This document shows, piece by piece, positions 1-8,462 of a DNA stretch of 64,000 nucleotides. The stretch lies in contig JABCTZ010000036.1 in assembly GCA_018238155.1 (NCBI GenBank), positions 64,001 through 128,000 of the forward strand. The letters run 5' to 3'. Position 1 is the stretch's first letter. Every line of letters begins with the position of its first letter. The DNA is from Candidatus Heimdallarchaeota archaeon. GTDB taxonomy: Archaea > Asgardarchaeota > Heimdallarchaeia > JABLTI01. The position numbers and the translations under genes are program-made. The notes beneath the pieces are model-generated. The model was not told where the DNA came from, did no database searches, and saw only the letters and a list, made by a program, of their open reading frames with translations.

Positions 1-636
1 CAAAATTGTTGATTTGTTCAATCTAAGAGTCTCTAAATTCTCTTTTGTTGGGAAAAATCCGTATGCTTTTTCAAAAGCAATTTTATTTAGAAAAATAAGT
101 GTATAACTTTCGATTATTTTTTGAAGTACTTCTCTAGTTTCAATCATTAATTCTCCTCCAAAATCGATTGAAGAGATGATTGACATCTTGTTACAAACTT
201 GAGCAATTTTATGCGCTACTTTGGTGGAAACACTTGAAGCATGCACAATTTTGGCATCAGAGAACAATTGCCCAGTAATATCTTTTGGTGCTAGCTTGGC
301 ATTTGCTTCTCGATAGCCAATTTTCATTGTTTGCCCTTCTTTATCAACTAATATAATGACAAAGCCCGTTGCACAATCTTCTTCTTTGATGACTTTAGAA
401 ACATCAATTTGTTCTTCTATTAGAGAGGTTAATCCTACTCTGCCATTTTGATCATTACCCACATGACCAAATAGTGAAACTTTTGAACCTAAACGTGAGA
501 GTCCTACAGCAAAATTACAAGCTCCCCCACCAGGTACAATTTCAAGATTTGAAACAATGACTTTATCATCTGGACTGGGAAGACGTGGTACTTGACAAAT
601 AAGATCAACATTGATATTTCCTATTGTTAAAATCAA
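1..636 (-). CDS. PfkB/ribokinase-family carbohydrate kinase (3' end runs off the window)
   Basis: Not in the ORF track; manual translation from TTG at 636 gives (M)ILTIGNINVDLICQVPRLPSPDDKVIVSNLEIVPGGGACNFAVGLSRLG...GHVGND, the N-terminal GxxNxD and GGxxxNxA...LG...GxVGxD PfkB signature. Confidence 0.85.
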   Translation of the reverse strand, partial: MILTIGNINVDLICQVPRLPSPDDKVIVSNLEIVPGGGACNFAVGLSRLGSKVSLFGHVGNDQNGRVGLTSLIEEQIDVSKVIKEEDCATGFVIILVDKEGQTMKIGYREANAKLAPKDITGQLFSDAKIVHASSVSTKVAHKIAQVCNKMSIISSIDFGGELMIETREVLQKIIESYTLIFLNKIAFEKAYGFFPTKENLETLRLNKSTIL

Positions 637-730
637 ACCTACATCCGATCCTGCATTTGTTAATAATAATTCACAGCATAAATAACACTAATTAAAATTA
701 ATGGTAAAATCGGAACAAAAAGAAAAAGAA

Positions 731-754
731 TCATCGGGGTCGAACCCCAAATGA
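731..754 (-). terminator. Hairpin plus U-tract downstream of argF
   Basis: Minus strand TCAT-TT-GGGGT-TCG-ACCCC-G-ATGA followed by TTCTTTTTCTTTTTG, a few nt after the argF stop. Confidence 0.6.
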
Positions 755-760
755 GAACAT

Positions 761-1702
761 TTAGTCGCTCATAAGAGCAAGCATAACAGCTTTTTGTGAA
801 TGTTTTCTATTTTCAGCTTCATCAAACACTACACTTTGTTTGCTATCAATAACTTCGTCAGTAACTTCGTATCCTCTGTGAGCTGGCAAACAGTGTAAGA
901 ATATAGCATCATTTTTAGCGTGAGCCATTAATTTTTTATTGACTGAGAAATCTTTGAATGCTTTGAGACGTATCTCTTTCTGAGATTCATCACCCATTGA
1001 TATCCATGTGTCAGTATAAACAACATCAGCGTCTTTAACTCCAGCTGGAATATCACTAGTGACTTCTAATTTGGTACCTATTTTATCAGCTAATGCTTGA
1101 ACTTTCTTAGTAATTTCTGCATCAGGTTTATAGTCATCTGGGCAAACAATAGAAACATCCATACCCATTTTTGTGCAACCTATCATTAAGGAATGTGCAA
1201 CATTGTTGCCATCGCCAACGTAAACGAGTTTAAGTCCTTTTAGTGTTCCTTTGTGTTCTGTAATCGTTTGAAGGTCAGCTAATATCTGGCAAGGATGATA
1301 AAGGTCACAGAGACCATTTATTACTGGAATGGTAGCATATTGAGCCATTACTGCTAGTGTTTCATGTTTATAAACTCGAGCCATAATTCCACCAAGATAT
1401 CTTGAGAGAACTTGAGCAGTGTCAGAAGGTGCTTCCCCTGTTCCAACAAGTTGAGTGTCTCTAAAACTCAGAAAGAGAGGTTGTCCTCCTAATTCCCAAA
1501 TACCTGTTTCAAAGGAAACTCTGGTACGAGTAGACGTTTTTTCAAACATCATTCCTAAGCTTTTCTTTAATGGCTTGCGATCTGGATGACCACCATTTTT
1601 CTTGTATTCTGCTTTTAATTCTGCCCCAAGATCTAAGAAATATTTGATCTCTTCTGGGGTGAAATCAAAAAGTGTAAGCATATGTCGCCCTTTAAAATTC
1701 AT
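761..1702 (-). CDS. argF: Ornithine carbamoyltransferase
   Basis: STRTR, HPCQ, ISMG (ornithine-binding SMG loop) and HCLP motifs; start moved to ATG at 1702, preceded by GAGGA (track start 1765 is an upstream TTG). Confidence 0.95.
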   Translation of the reverse strand: MNFKGRHMLTLFDFTPEEIKYFLDLGAELKAEYKKNGGHPDRKPLKKSLGMMFEKTSTRTRVSFETGIWELGGQPLFLSFRDTQLVGTGEAPSDTAQVLSRYLGGIMARVYKHETLAVMAQYATIPVINGLCDLYHPCQILADLQTITEHKGTLKGLKLVYVGDGNNVAHSLMIGCTKMGMDVSIVCPDDYKPDAEITKKVQALADKIGTKLEVTSDIPAGVKDADVVYTDTWISMGDESQKEIRLKAFKDFSVNKKLMAHAKNDAIFLHCLPAHRGYEVTDEVIDSKQSVVFDEAENRKHSQKAVMLALMSD

Positions 1703-1730
1703 GATTATTCCTCGTATCATATTTTTTTTC

Positions 1731-1860
1731 TCAGAACAGATGATCGAACAAATTTGAACAATCAACTGTGGTCGTGAGTGCTCTTTTCACTTGCTTCGAC
1801 CGAGGAAAAGATAAACTCGGATTTAGAAAATATCCAAACGTGGATACTAATAAAATGTTC
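1731..1860 (-). promoter_or_regulatory. Candidate promoter and structured 5' leader of argF, with a possible 19-codon uORF at 1790-1731
   Basis: Stem-loops at 1831-1846, 1800-1820, 1770-1801 and 1741-1764; TATA-like TTTATTA at 1854-1848 on the minus strand; uORF GTG...TGA = MKRALTTTVDCSNLFDHLF. Confidence 0.35.
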
Positions 1861-2158
1861 GTCTTAATCTAAAATTGCTTTTCGTTTATTTGAAGTAGTA
1901 TAATTAGCTGTAAAACTTGGATAACCGTTCCTTTTTTTTTGATCAAATAGGTCATAACTCAATTTATCCACTCCTAGTCACCACAACCAGTTTATTGATG
2001 CAGTTCATTTCTGAGATTCACGGGAACAGTTGGGTGTGGGGTTTCTAATCCTTTTGTGTGAACATTTTATTTAGTATAAATAAAAAATTCATTACAAATA
2101 AAAACAATATCTTTATTAACATTCTTGACAGATAAATATTCTAACCTTGTGTGGTGGG

Positions 2159-2195
2159 TGAATACATTCTCAATCTTGTGAGAATCTTATTATCA
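2159..2195. promoter_or_regulatory. Candidate transcription-factor operator made of repeated TGAGAAT/ATTCTCA half-sites
   Basis: ATTCTCA(2166-2172)-N6-TGAGAAT(2179-2185)-N3-ATTATCA(2189-2195), just upstream of a TTTTAAAA TATA-like element near 2209-2216. Confidence 0.35.
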
Positions 2196-2267
2196 TCTTT
2201 CTAAAAAGGTTTTAAAAAGTAAGCAATAAAAATCCAAATATACTTAATTTAAGAGAGATGAATTTAG

Positions 2268-5200
2268 ATGTGTAAAAATAGGTACCCTCTACAAAAAGTA
2301 TTAATCAGTAGTTTATTCATGTTTTTAATTGTAATTAATTCAGCTGTAAATGCCATTGAAGTGGATGTTGGCAATGAGGTGGGAATGACCACTTTACCAT
2401 CCCAAGAAGGTAGAGGCTCCTTTGAAACACAATCAACGAAAATCAATAATTATGATTGGGAAGATGAGGAAGTTTTTGAAACATTTGCTCCACTTAATGA
2501 TTTGAAAATAGCTTTGGATGGAAATGAAGATGTTCATGTGTTTTGGTCTGGTGTAGAGAATGGGAACTACATTCTATTCCAAAAGATTAGATACAAGGTA
2601 AATGATACTTGGAGTGAAAGAAAAACACTTGGTATAACTTCTTCTGAAACTGGATCTGTGTTAGATGCTCAGACGGATGCTGGAGGAAAAATCCATCTTG
2701 TTTGGCAACATGATTCTGTAATAAGATATAAGTGTTATAATTATAATAATGGTCTTTGGGAAAACCCACAAGTAATTAGCAGTGGAATGAATCCAACTCT
2801 TGATATAAGTACATTAAATGATGCGCCAACAATTGTATACAAAAGAAAAGTAAATAGTTGGTATATTGATTACAATTATTTTTTTGCTGAGTATAATACA
2901 TCAACTGAGATTTGGGATACAAATCAAATTAATATGAATAATTATTCTCCAAGTGGGGGATCATCTTATGCATATGCAATTGTTAAATCTGGTGGTAAAA
3001 ACAAACCACATATTTTTAATAGCTATATGGATCGATATTGGTATTGGGATTACACGACAGGTCAACGAAGATCTATTACGACAATTAATTATAAAATATT
3101 GAGTAGAGATTATGCGACTTCAAATTTCGTAAATGATGGCTTTGATCTTGAAAGTGAAATAGGTATTACTGTGCCAATAGTAACAAAACCAATTCTTATC
3201 AATAGCCCAACAGATGGATTATTTGCTTTTTATAACAAACCAAGAACAGATGGAACATATGCGATAACTTTTACCAAAAAGACAGGTTCTTCTTGGAGCA
3301 CTCCAATAACACTATCAACTAAAGCTGCACTAAAGTGCGAAATGACTGCAACAGTGGATCAATTTGGAAAAATAACACTAATTTGGAATTATGTAAGTGA
3401 AATAATGGTAGAAGGATTTCCACTGTCAACTGCTGCACTATATATGAAAACATTTTCTCCACGCACAAATAGTTGGTCAGGAGATTCGGCGTTAAACACT
3501 GTAGAAATGTATTCACAATATTCTACAATGACTCGAGACAATGATGGCAATTTGTTTACTGTACATATCGATTTGAATCACACAAATTCACTTGAAAAGA
3601 AATTAGTTTACAGAAAAGCATGGACAGATACAGATGAGGATGGGTTGACAAACAATGTGGAAATAGATACTTATGGAACAGATCCATATAACCCTGATAC
3701 AGATGGCGACCAAATGTTGGACGGAGAAGAAATAGAATTAGGCTTTGATCCATTTAATCCAGATGAAGATTCAGATGGTATGGCCGATGGGTATGAAATT
3801 CACAATGATTTAGATCCTTATACTAATGACTCCTTGGATGATTTTGATTCAGATTTACTAACCAATATTGAAGAATTTTTAGCAGATACATTGGCAAATG
3901 ATAATGATACAGACAATGATCTAGTGAGTGATTATAATGAGCTCAAGGTATATTTCACTGACCCGAAAGATGTTGATTCGGACAACGATGGAGTCTCAGA
4001 CGGAGAAGAAATAAATATTGCCGGTTCTAATCCGAATTCTATTGACAGCGATAATGATACAATGCCTGATTACTATGAGTGGATTTATCATCTAAATCTG
4101 ACTCTAAATGATACTTTTGAAGACCCAGATAGCGATGGGTTATACAATATTTACGAATTCTTGAATAATATTGACCCACATAAAAGTGATTCTGATGGTG
4201 ATTTATTGGGCGATTACGAAGAAGTTATGGTCTATTTTACTATTCCAAATAAATTTGATACAGATGATGACGGCATTTGGGATGGGATAGAAGTTTATAC
4301 TTACGGTACTAGTCCAACAATGAAAGATACTGATAGTGACTTATTAAATGACAAAACAGAAATTGATGTTGGTTTAGATCCACTCGATAATGATACTGAC
4401 AATGATCTAATGATAGATAGTTATGAGTATCTTTTTGGTCTAGATTATTTTAATGCTTCAGATGCAAATTTGGATTATGATGGAGATACCCTTACAAATT
4501 TAGAAGAATCTTATTTATGGACAGATCCGTTTAATTCAGATACCGATGGAGATAGAATTACAGATGATTATGAGCTTGTATTAGGTAGTGACCCTGCAAA
4601 ATATGATACAGATGAGGATGGTTTAAATGACTATAATGAGCTATTTGTAATTAATTCCGATTTCGATAATCCTGATACAGATGGAGATGGTTTACTTGAC
4701 GGTCTTGAAGTATATCAATATAAATCAAATCCTCTCAATGTTGAATCTGATGGGGATACCCTCGAAGACGGTGATGAAGTATTTATTCATGGAACAAATC
4801 CTGCTTCTGCAGATACTGATGGTGATCTTCTTGCCGATAATCTTGAGCTAGATTACAATTCAAATCCTTTGGTTATGGACACAGATTTAGATGGTATGGA
4901 TGATTATTTTGAGTGGCTCTATAATCTTGATCCCTTAACCGATGATTCAGAAATTGATACCGATAAAGATAATGTACCGAACCTCGAAGAGTTTCTCCAT
5001 AATTCTAATCCTTTGGTTAATGATACAGATTTAGACGGCTTGACTGACTTCGAAGAAATCTATATTTATTTTACCGCTCCTGATTTCAACGACACAGATG
5101 AAGATTTTCTAGCAGATTATGATGAAGTAATGGTTTATGGGACATCCCCTCTTGACCCTGATTTTGATGACGATGGACTTTTAGACGGTGAAGAGATTAA

Positions 5201-5522
5201 GCTTGGTACTGATCCAACAAAATATGATTCGGATAACGATGGTGTGTCTGATGGTCAGGAATTTTTAGATGGAACAGATCCGAATAAACCTTCTGATAAT
5301 AAAGCTCTCAGACTTTCACGTTTATTGATTGTTATATTTTCTGGTATTATTGGAAGTCTTATTATTTATTACATTGGCCCATTTCTTGTCGCAAGATTAT
5401 CTCATAATGAAGAAGCCAAATGGATTGAAAAAGGACTTTTATTACGAAAACAGAAAGGAACTCAAATTCTCGATACATCACCTCATTCTGAGGAAATTTC
5501 AGAATCGAAAACGGAAGATTAG
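2268..5522 (+). CDS. Large cell-surface protein: signal peptide, beta-propeller-like domain, 24 thrombospondin type-3-like Ca-binding repeats, C-terminal TM anchor
   Basis: Hydrophobic N-terminus; repeated D-x-x-G-x-x-H-hydrophobic-hydrophobic-W blades; DxDxDG-L/M-xDxxE...GxDP repeats from residue 454; TM LLIVIFSGIIGSLIIYYIGPFLV. Confidence 0.8.
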   Translation: MCKNRYPLQKVLISSLFMFLIVINSAVNAIEVDVGNEVGMTTLPSQEGRGSFETQSTKINNYDWEDEEVFETFAPLNDLKIALDGNEDVHVFWSGVENGNYILFQKIRYKVNDTWSERKTLGITSSETGSVLDAQTDAGGKIHLVWQHDSVIRYKCYNYNNGLWENPQVISSGMNPTLDISTLNDAPTIVYKRKVNSWYIDYNYFFAEYNTSTEIWDTNQINMNNYSPSGGSSYAYAIVKSGGKNKPHIFNSYMDRYWYWDYTTGQRRSITTINYKILSRDYATSNFVNDGFDLESEIGITVPIVTKPILINSPTDGLFAFYNKPRTDGTYAITFTKKTGSSWSTPITLSTKAALKCEMTATVDQFGKITLIWNYVSEIMVEGFPLSTAALYMKTFSPRTNSWSGDSALNTVEMYSQYSTMTRDNDGNLFTVHIDLNHTNSLEKKLVYRKAWTDTDEDGLTNNVEIDTYGTDPYNPDTDGDQMLDGEEIELGFDPFNPDEDSDGMADGYEIHNDLDPYTNDSLDDFDSDLLTNIEEFLADTLANDNDTDNDLVSDYNELKVYFTDPKDVDSDNDGVSDGEEINIAGSNPNSIDSDNDTMPDYYEWIYHLNLTLNDTFEDPDSDGLYNIYEFLNNIDPHKSDSDGDLLGDYEEVMVYFTIPNKFDTDDDGIWDGIEVYTYGTSPTMKDTDSDLLNDKTEIDVGLDPLDNDTDNDLMIDSYEYLFGLDYFNASDANLDYDGDTLTNLEESYLWTDPFNSDTDGDRITDDYELVLGSDPAKYDTDEDGLNDYNELFVINSDFDNPDTDGDGLLDGLEVYQYKSNPLNVESDGDTLEDGDEVFIHGTNPASADTDGDLLADNLELDYNSNPLVMDTDLDGMDDYFEWLYNLDPLTDDSEIDTDKDNVPNLEEFLHNSNPLVNDTDLDGLTDFEEIYIYFTAPDFNDTDEDFLADYDEVMVYGTSPLDPDFDDDGLLDGEEIKLGTDPTKYDSDNDGVSDGQEFLDGTDPNKPSDNKALRLSRLLIVIFSGIIGSLIIYYIGPFLVARLSHNEEAKWIEKGLLLRKQKGTQILDTSPHSEEISESKTED
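3627..5297 (+). repeat. Array of 24 acidic DxDxDG-type (TSP3-like) repeats, about 22-25 aa each
   Basis: Counted from DTDEDG through DSDNDG in the translation; repeats are divergent at the DNA level. Confidence 0.85.
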
Positions 5523-5620
5523 TTCTTCCAATCATTTTCTTTTATTGTAGTATACATTTTGAAATAAATGCGATTCAAAAAAGAAAAATAATTAAAAAAA
5601 TAATCCGTAGTTTCTAAGAT

Positions 5621-6535
5621 TTATTTTTCAGCGATTATTGAATCTGCAAACCACTTGGCATCAAATGGTTTGAAATCAGAGTATTTTTGTCCTACGCCGA
5701 TGAAGATAATTGGTGCATCTGTTGAATATACGATAGAAAGTGCTGCGCCTCCTTTGGGATCAGCATCTACTTTAGTTAGAATACTTGCATCTATTCCTAT
5801 CATTTTGTTGTACTCTTCAGCTTGCATTGCTGCATCATTTCCAGTAAGTGCATCTGCAACAAAAATGTTCAAATCTGGCTCAGCAACTCTAACGATTTTT
5901 TGTAATTCTCTCATCAGATTTTTATTCGTTTGTAATCTTCCCGCTGTATCTGCAATAACAACATCAACTTTCTTTGAACGTGCATGTTGTATGGTATCGT
6001 AAATTACTGCTGCAGGGTCTGAACCATAATCCTGTTTAATTATTTTTACACCTAGTCTCTGACAATGTTTACTTATTTGGTCTATTGCTCCTGCGCGAAA
6101 AGTGTCCCCTGCACCAATAACTACAGTCAATTTCTTATTGATAAGAAACTGTGTGAGTTTTGCAATAGTAGTAGTTTTTCCTGCACCATTTGGACCAAAA
6201 ATGGCTAATATAGTTGGTTCTCCATTGGCTTTATTTTCTCTAATAATCTCTAAAAGGTCAATTTTATCTTTTGGCGCATTAAGAATTTTCATAACTGATT
6301 TTCTTAGCGCATCATAAGTTAATTTCTTTTTACTTGAAAGCCTACCAACCTTTGTTTTAACTAATTCTTGCTCAACTTCTTTAGTAATCTTCTCAGCAAT
6401 CGGTACTGCAACATTATTTGCAATTAAGGCTAATTGTAATTCATACAATGGTTTCTCAAGAGCTTTTTTTGTCAAATCTCTTTGAGTGATAGATTCTACC
6501 GCGCTATTAACTCCATCTCTAAATTTTTTGAACAA
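5621..6535 (-). CDS. ftsY: Signal recognition particle receptor FtsY
   Basis: GPNGAGKTTTIAKL, DTFRAGA, DTAGR, TKVD, GGAALS, GVGQ motifs; TTG start with AGGTGA SD. Confidence 0.96.
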   Translation of the reverse strand: MFKKFRDGVNSAVESITQRDLTKKALEKPLYELQLALIANNVAVPIAEKITKEVEQELVKTKVGRLSSKKKLTYDALRKSVMKILNAPKDKIDLLEIIRENKANGEPTILAIFGPNGAGKTTTIAKLTQFLINKKLTVVIGAGDTFRAGAIDQISKHCQRLGVKIIKQDYGSDPAAVIYDTIQHARSKKVDVVIADTAGRLQTNKNLMRELQKIVRVAEPDLNIFVADALTGNDAAMQAEEYNKMIGIDASILTKVDADPKGGAALSIVYSTDAPIIFIGVGQKYSDFKPFDAKWFADSIIAEK

Positions 6536-6623
6536 AAGAAATCACCTAATATTTGCTAATTATTTATCGGAGCTTTCGCTCTAATAAAGTATAATGAATG
6601 AGTAAATAAATACTATTCATTAT

Positions 6624-7091
6624 TTAACTTACTAAGCTTGGATCATATTGAGCCGGAGCTGGTCCTTGTAATTGCTGGATAAGAGCTTGTCCTTGTCGTT
6701 CAAGAGAACCCATTTGATTAGCAATCTGGTTTAATTGATCTGCTAATGTTTTACTTTCATTTTCAACTTCTACGATTCTCTTATCAATGTCCGTTATTGC
6801 AACATCGACTGTTTTTGATACAATAACTCCTGCACCAACACTATACAAAACATTCTTTGTATCTAGTGGCTTTGCTTTCATCATTATACCACTACCTAAT
6901 TGAATCAAAGTTTCCTCAGGATTACTCTCTTCTTTTAAGTTTACCAAAGTTGATTTTGATCTGCTTAAATCGAGCATATAGCTTCGTAAAGTTTCCATTT
7001 GTGTTTGGAGTTGTTTACTATACTCCTCGAATTGTTGTAGAGTGTTACTAATTTGTTGTAACTCATTTCTTAAAGTATCTTCATTACTCAT
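6624..7091 (-). CDS. pfdA: Prefoldin alpha subunit
   Basis: Two coiled coils around a beta-hairpin region ETLIQLGSG...VLYSVGAGVIVSKT; conserved position upstream of ftsY. Confidence 0.92.
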   Translation of the reverse strand: MSNEDTLRNELQQISNTLQQFEEYSKQLQTQMETLRSYMLDLSRSKSTLVNLKEESNPEETLIQLGSGIMMKAKPLDTKNVLYSVGAGVIVSKTVDVAITDIDKRIVEVENESKTLADQLNQIANQMGSLERQGQALIQQLQGPAPAQYDPSLVS

Positions 7092-7176
7092 TCAATTCAC
7101 CAATTATTGCTTTAATCATTTTCTAGTAAAAAAGTTTCCAGCAATAATAATTACTGTTCTTATTTACTAATTACTA

Positions 7177-7443
7177 TTATGAGACGGGGAGTTTGAGTTT
7201 ATCATTCCCGGCGATTTCTCTTAAGATTGGATTCTTTAATTCTGTCAAATCAATTTCAGCTACTTTACGAATAACTAAAAGTTGTCTTGGAACCCTATGT
7301 TTGCTTCCGATCAATGAATAAGCTTCTTCCAAAGCGTCCTTCTTTGATACTGCTCTTATTTCTATTTCAAACATTTTTTTATTCTTAAGTGGTTTTCTTG
7401 CAAATAATATTCTAAAATTTTTTACCTGAACTTCATTTGGCAT
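7177..7443 (-). CDS. rpl18a: 50S ribosomal protein L18Ae/LX (eL20)
   Basis: F-x-x-EIRA...ALEEAYSLIGSKHRV motif; lies between eIF6 and pfdA. Confidence 0.9.
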   Translation of the reverse strand: MPNEVQVKNFRILFARKPLKNKKMFEIEIRAVSKKDALEEAYSLIGSKHRVPRQLLVIRKVAEIDLTELKNPILREIAGNDKLKLPVS

Positions 7444-7525
7444 TTGTTTTTAACCTTCTTTTCTGGTTTGTTTGAACTGCAAATCATATGTTTTTATTAT
7501 TTTTGGATAAAATGAATAATAAATA

Positions 7526-8200
7526 TTAACTTCCTTTCAAGGTTTGATATAATCTCTGTAACTCCGGACCAGTTGTATCTTTCCCTGTCACTGCTCCATG
7601 TGAATTTGCAAAAACGCCTATGCTAACATATGGAGTTCCTCTGTTCATTGTTCCAACGTTAACAGGTACATCTAACTTCTCGCTTAACCAAGTCATTTCC
7701 ATTTCTGTTGTTAATGGATGTGTCAATGCTCCTCTATTGGTTGTTAGAGCATGAGAACCAACTAGTGATGAATTGATTATATTCCCTTTTTCAACATCAA
7801 CATCCAAAACTTCCTTAATGACTGAAATTGCTTCTGGCTCGAATTTTTCATGTATAATTGCTCCATTATCATTTGCAAGAATACAGTTAGCTAAACATGT
7901 GAGTTTACTTTGCACAACACCAATTTTCACATCATCAGTTAATACTTCTTGAAGTCTTTCCAAGTCGCGATTACTAACAAAATGTGGAACAAGAATTCCA
8001 TTTGAATTAGCAACAGCTAATATACCGATAAGATTTGTATCGCCTACATTCACCTGGAAAACTGGAACTTCTAGTGCTTTTTCTATTGCTTCTACTGCTT
8101 TTTGCTCCCAGAGCTCTGAGATAACAGCAAATTTATCTGTAGCAACACCAAATGCACCTAGCGAAGTTAACCCTTCAACAGTAGTGCGTATAATATTCAT
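7526..8200 (-). CDS. eif6: Translation initiation factor aIF6/eIF6
   Basis: Pentein repeats (NSNGILVP, LANCILANDNGAIIH, GTMNRG...ANSHGAVTGKDTTGPEL); start moved to ATG at 8200 after AGGTGA. Confidence 0.95.
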   Translation of the reverse strand: MNIIRTTVEGLTSLGAFGVATDKFAVISELWEQKAVEAIEKALEVPVFQVNVGDTNLIGILAVANSNGILVPHFVSNRDLERLQEVLTDDVKIGVVQSKLTCLANCILANDNGAIIHEKFEPEAISVIKEVLDVDVEKGNIINSSLVGSHALTTNRGALTHPLTTEMEMTWLSEKLDVPVNVGTMNRGTPYVSIGVFANSHGAVTGKDTTGPELQRLYQTLKGS

Positions 8201-8462
8201 TTTATTCACCTAATTTAACATTCAGAGGATTAATTTTCACTTAATACTAACAAATTTACAACTAGTACTAAGAAAACGATTTTCTCTATTTGAGCAACCT
8301 TCTGAATTGCTATTTAAATCATTGCGAAAGAACGATTTTTCAGAATAGCATCATTATAGCTATTATGAAAATCGAAAAAATGACTAATAAATAAAATACT
8401 TTGGTTGAAAAATAACTAAATTGAGGGATAATTTTTAACGATACAATTGTATTAATTCTACT

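Noticed and set aside
735-749. GGGGTTCGACCCC on the minus strand resembles a tRNA T-arm
   Set aside because: No 5-bp stem with 7-nt loop geometry and no acceptor, D or anticodon arms; its position after the argF stop fits a terminator hairpin
1865-1965. Short minus-strand ORFs (28-32 aa) after an AGGAG
   Set aside because: No recognisable features, and such ORFs are expected by chance
1770-2040. Possible SECIS element or known riboswitch among the hairpins
   Set aside because: No AUGA/GA or archaeal GAA/A core in the right geometry, no in-frame UGA selenoprotein nearby, and no riboswitch consensus I can recognise
3627-5297. Repetitive DNA that might be a CRISPR array or DGR/VNTR
   Set aside because: Repeats exist only at the protein level and are divergent in DNA; no identical repeats with spacers and no reverse transcriptase
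5655-6317. Plus-strand ORFs antisense to ftsY, and the many similar 60-180 aa shadow ORFs over PLD, lplA, Arf, ABC, pckA, P-ATPase, korA, OYE and the kinase
   Set aside because: They overlap well-supported genes on the opposite strand or frame and have Ser/Ile/Phe-rich antisense composition with no motifs
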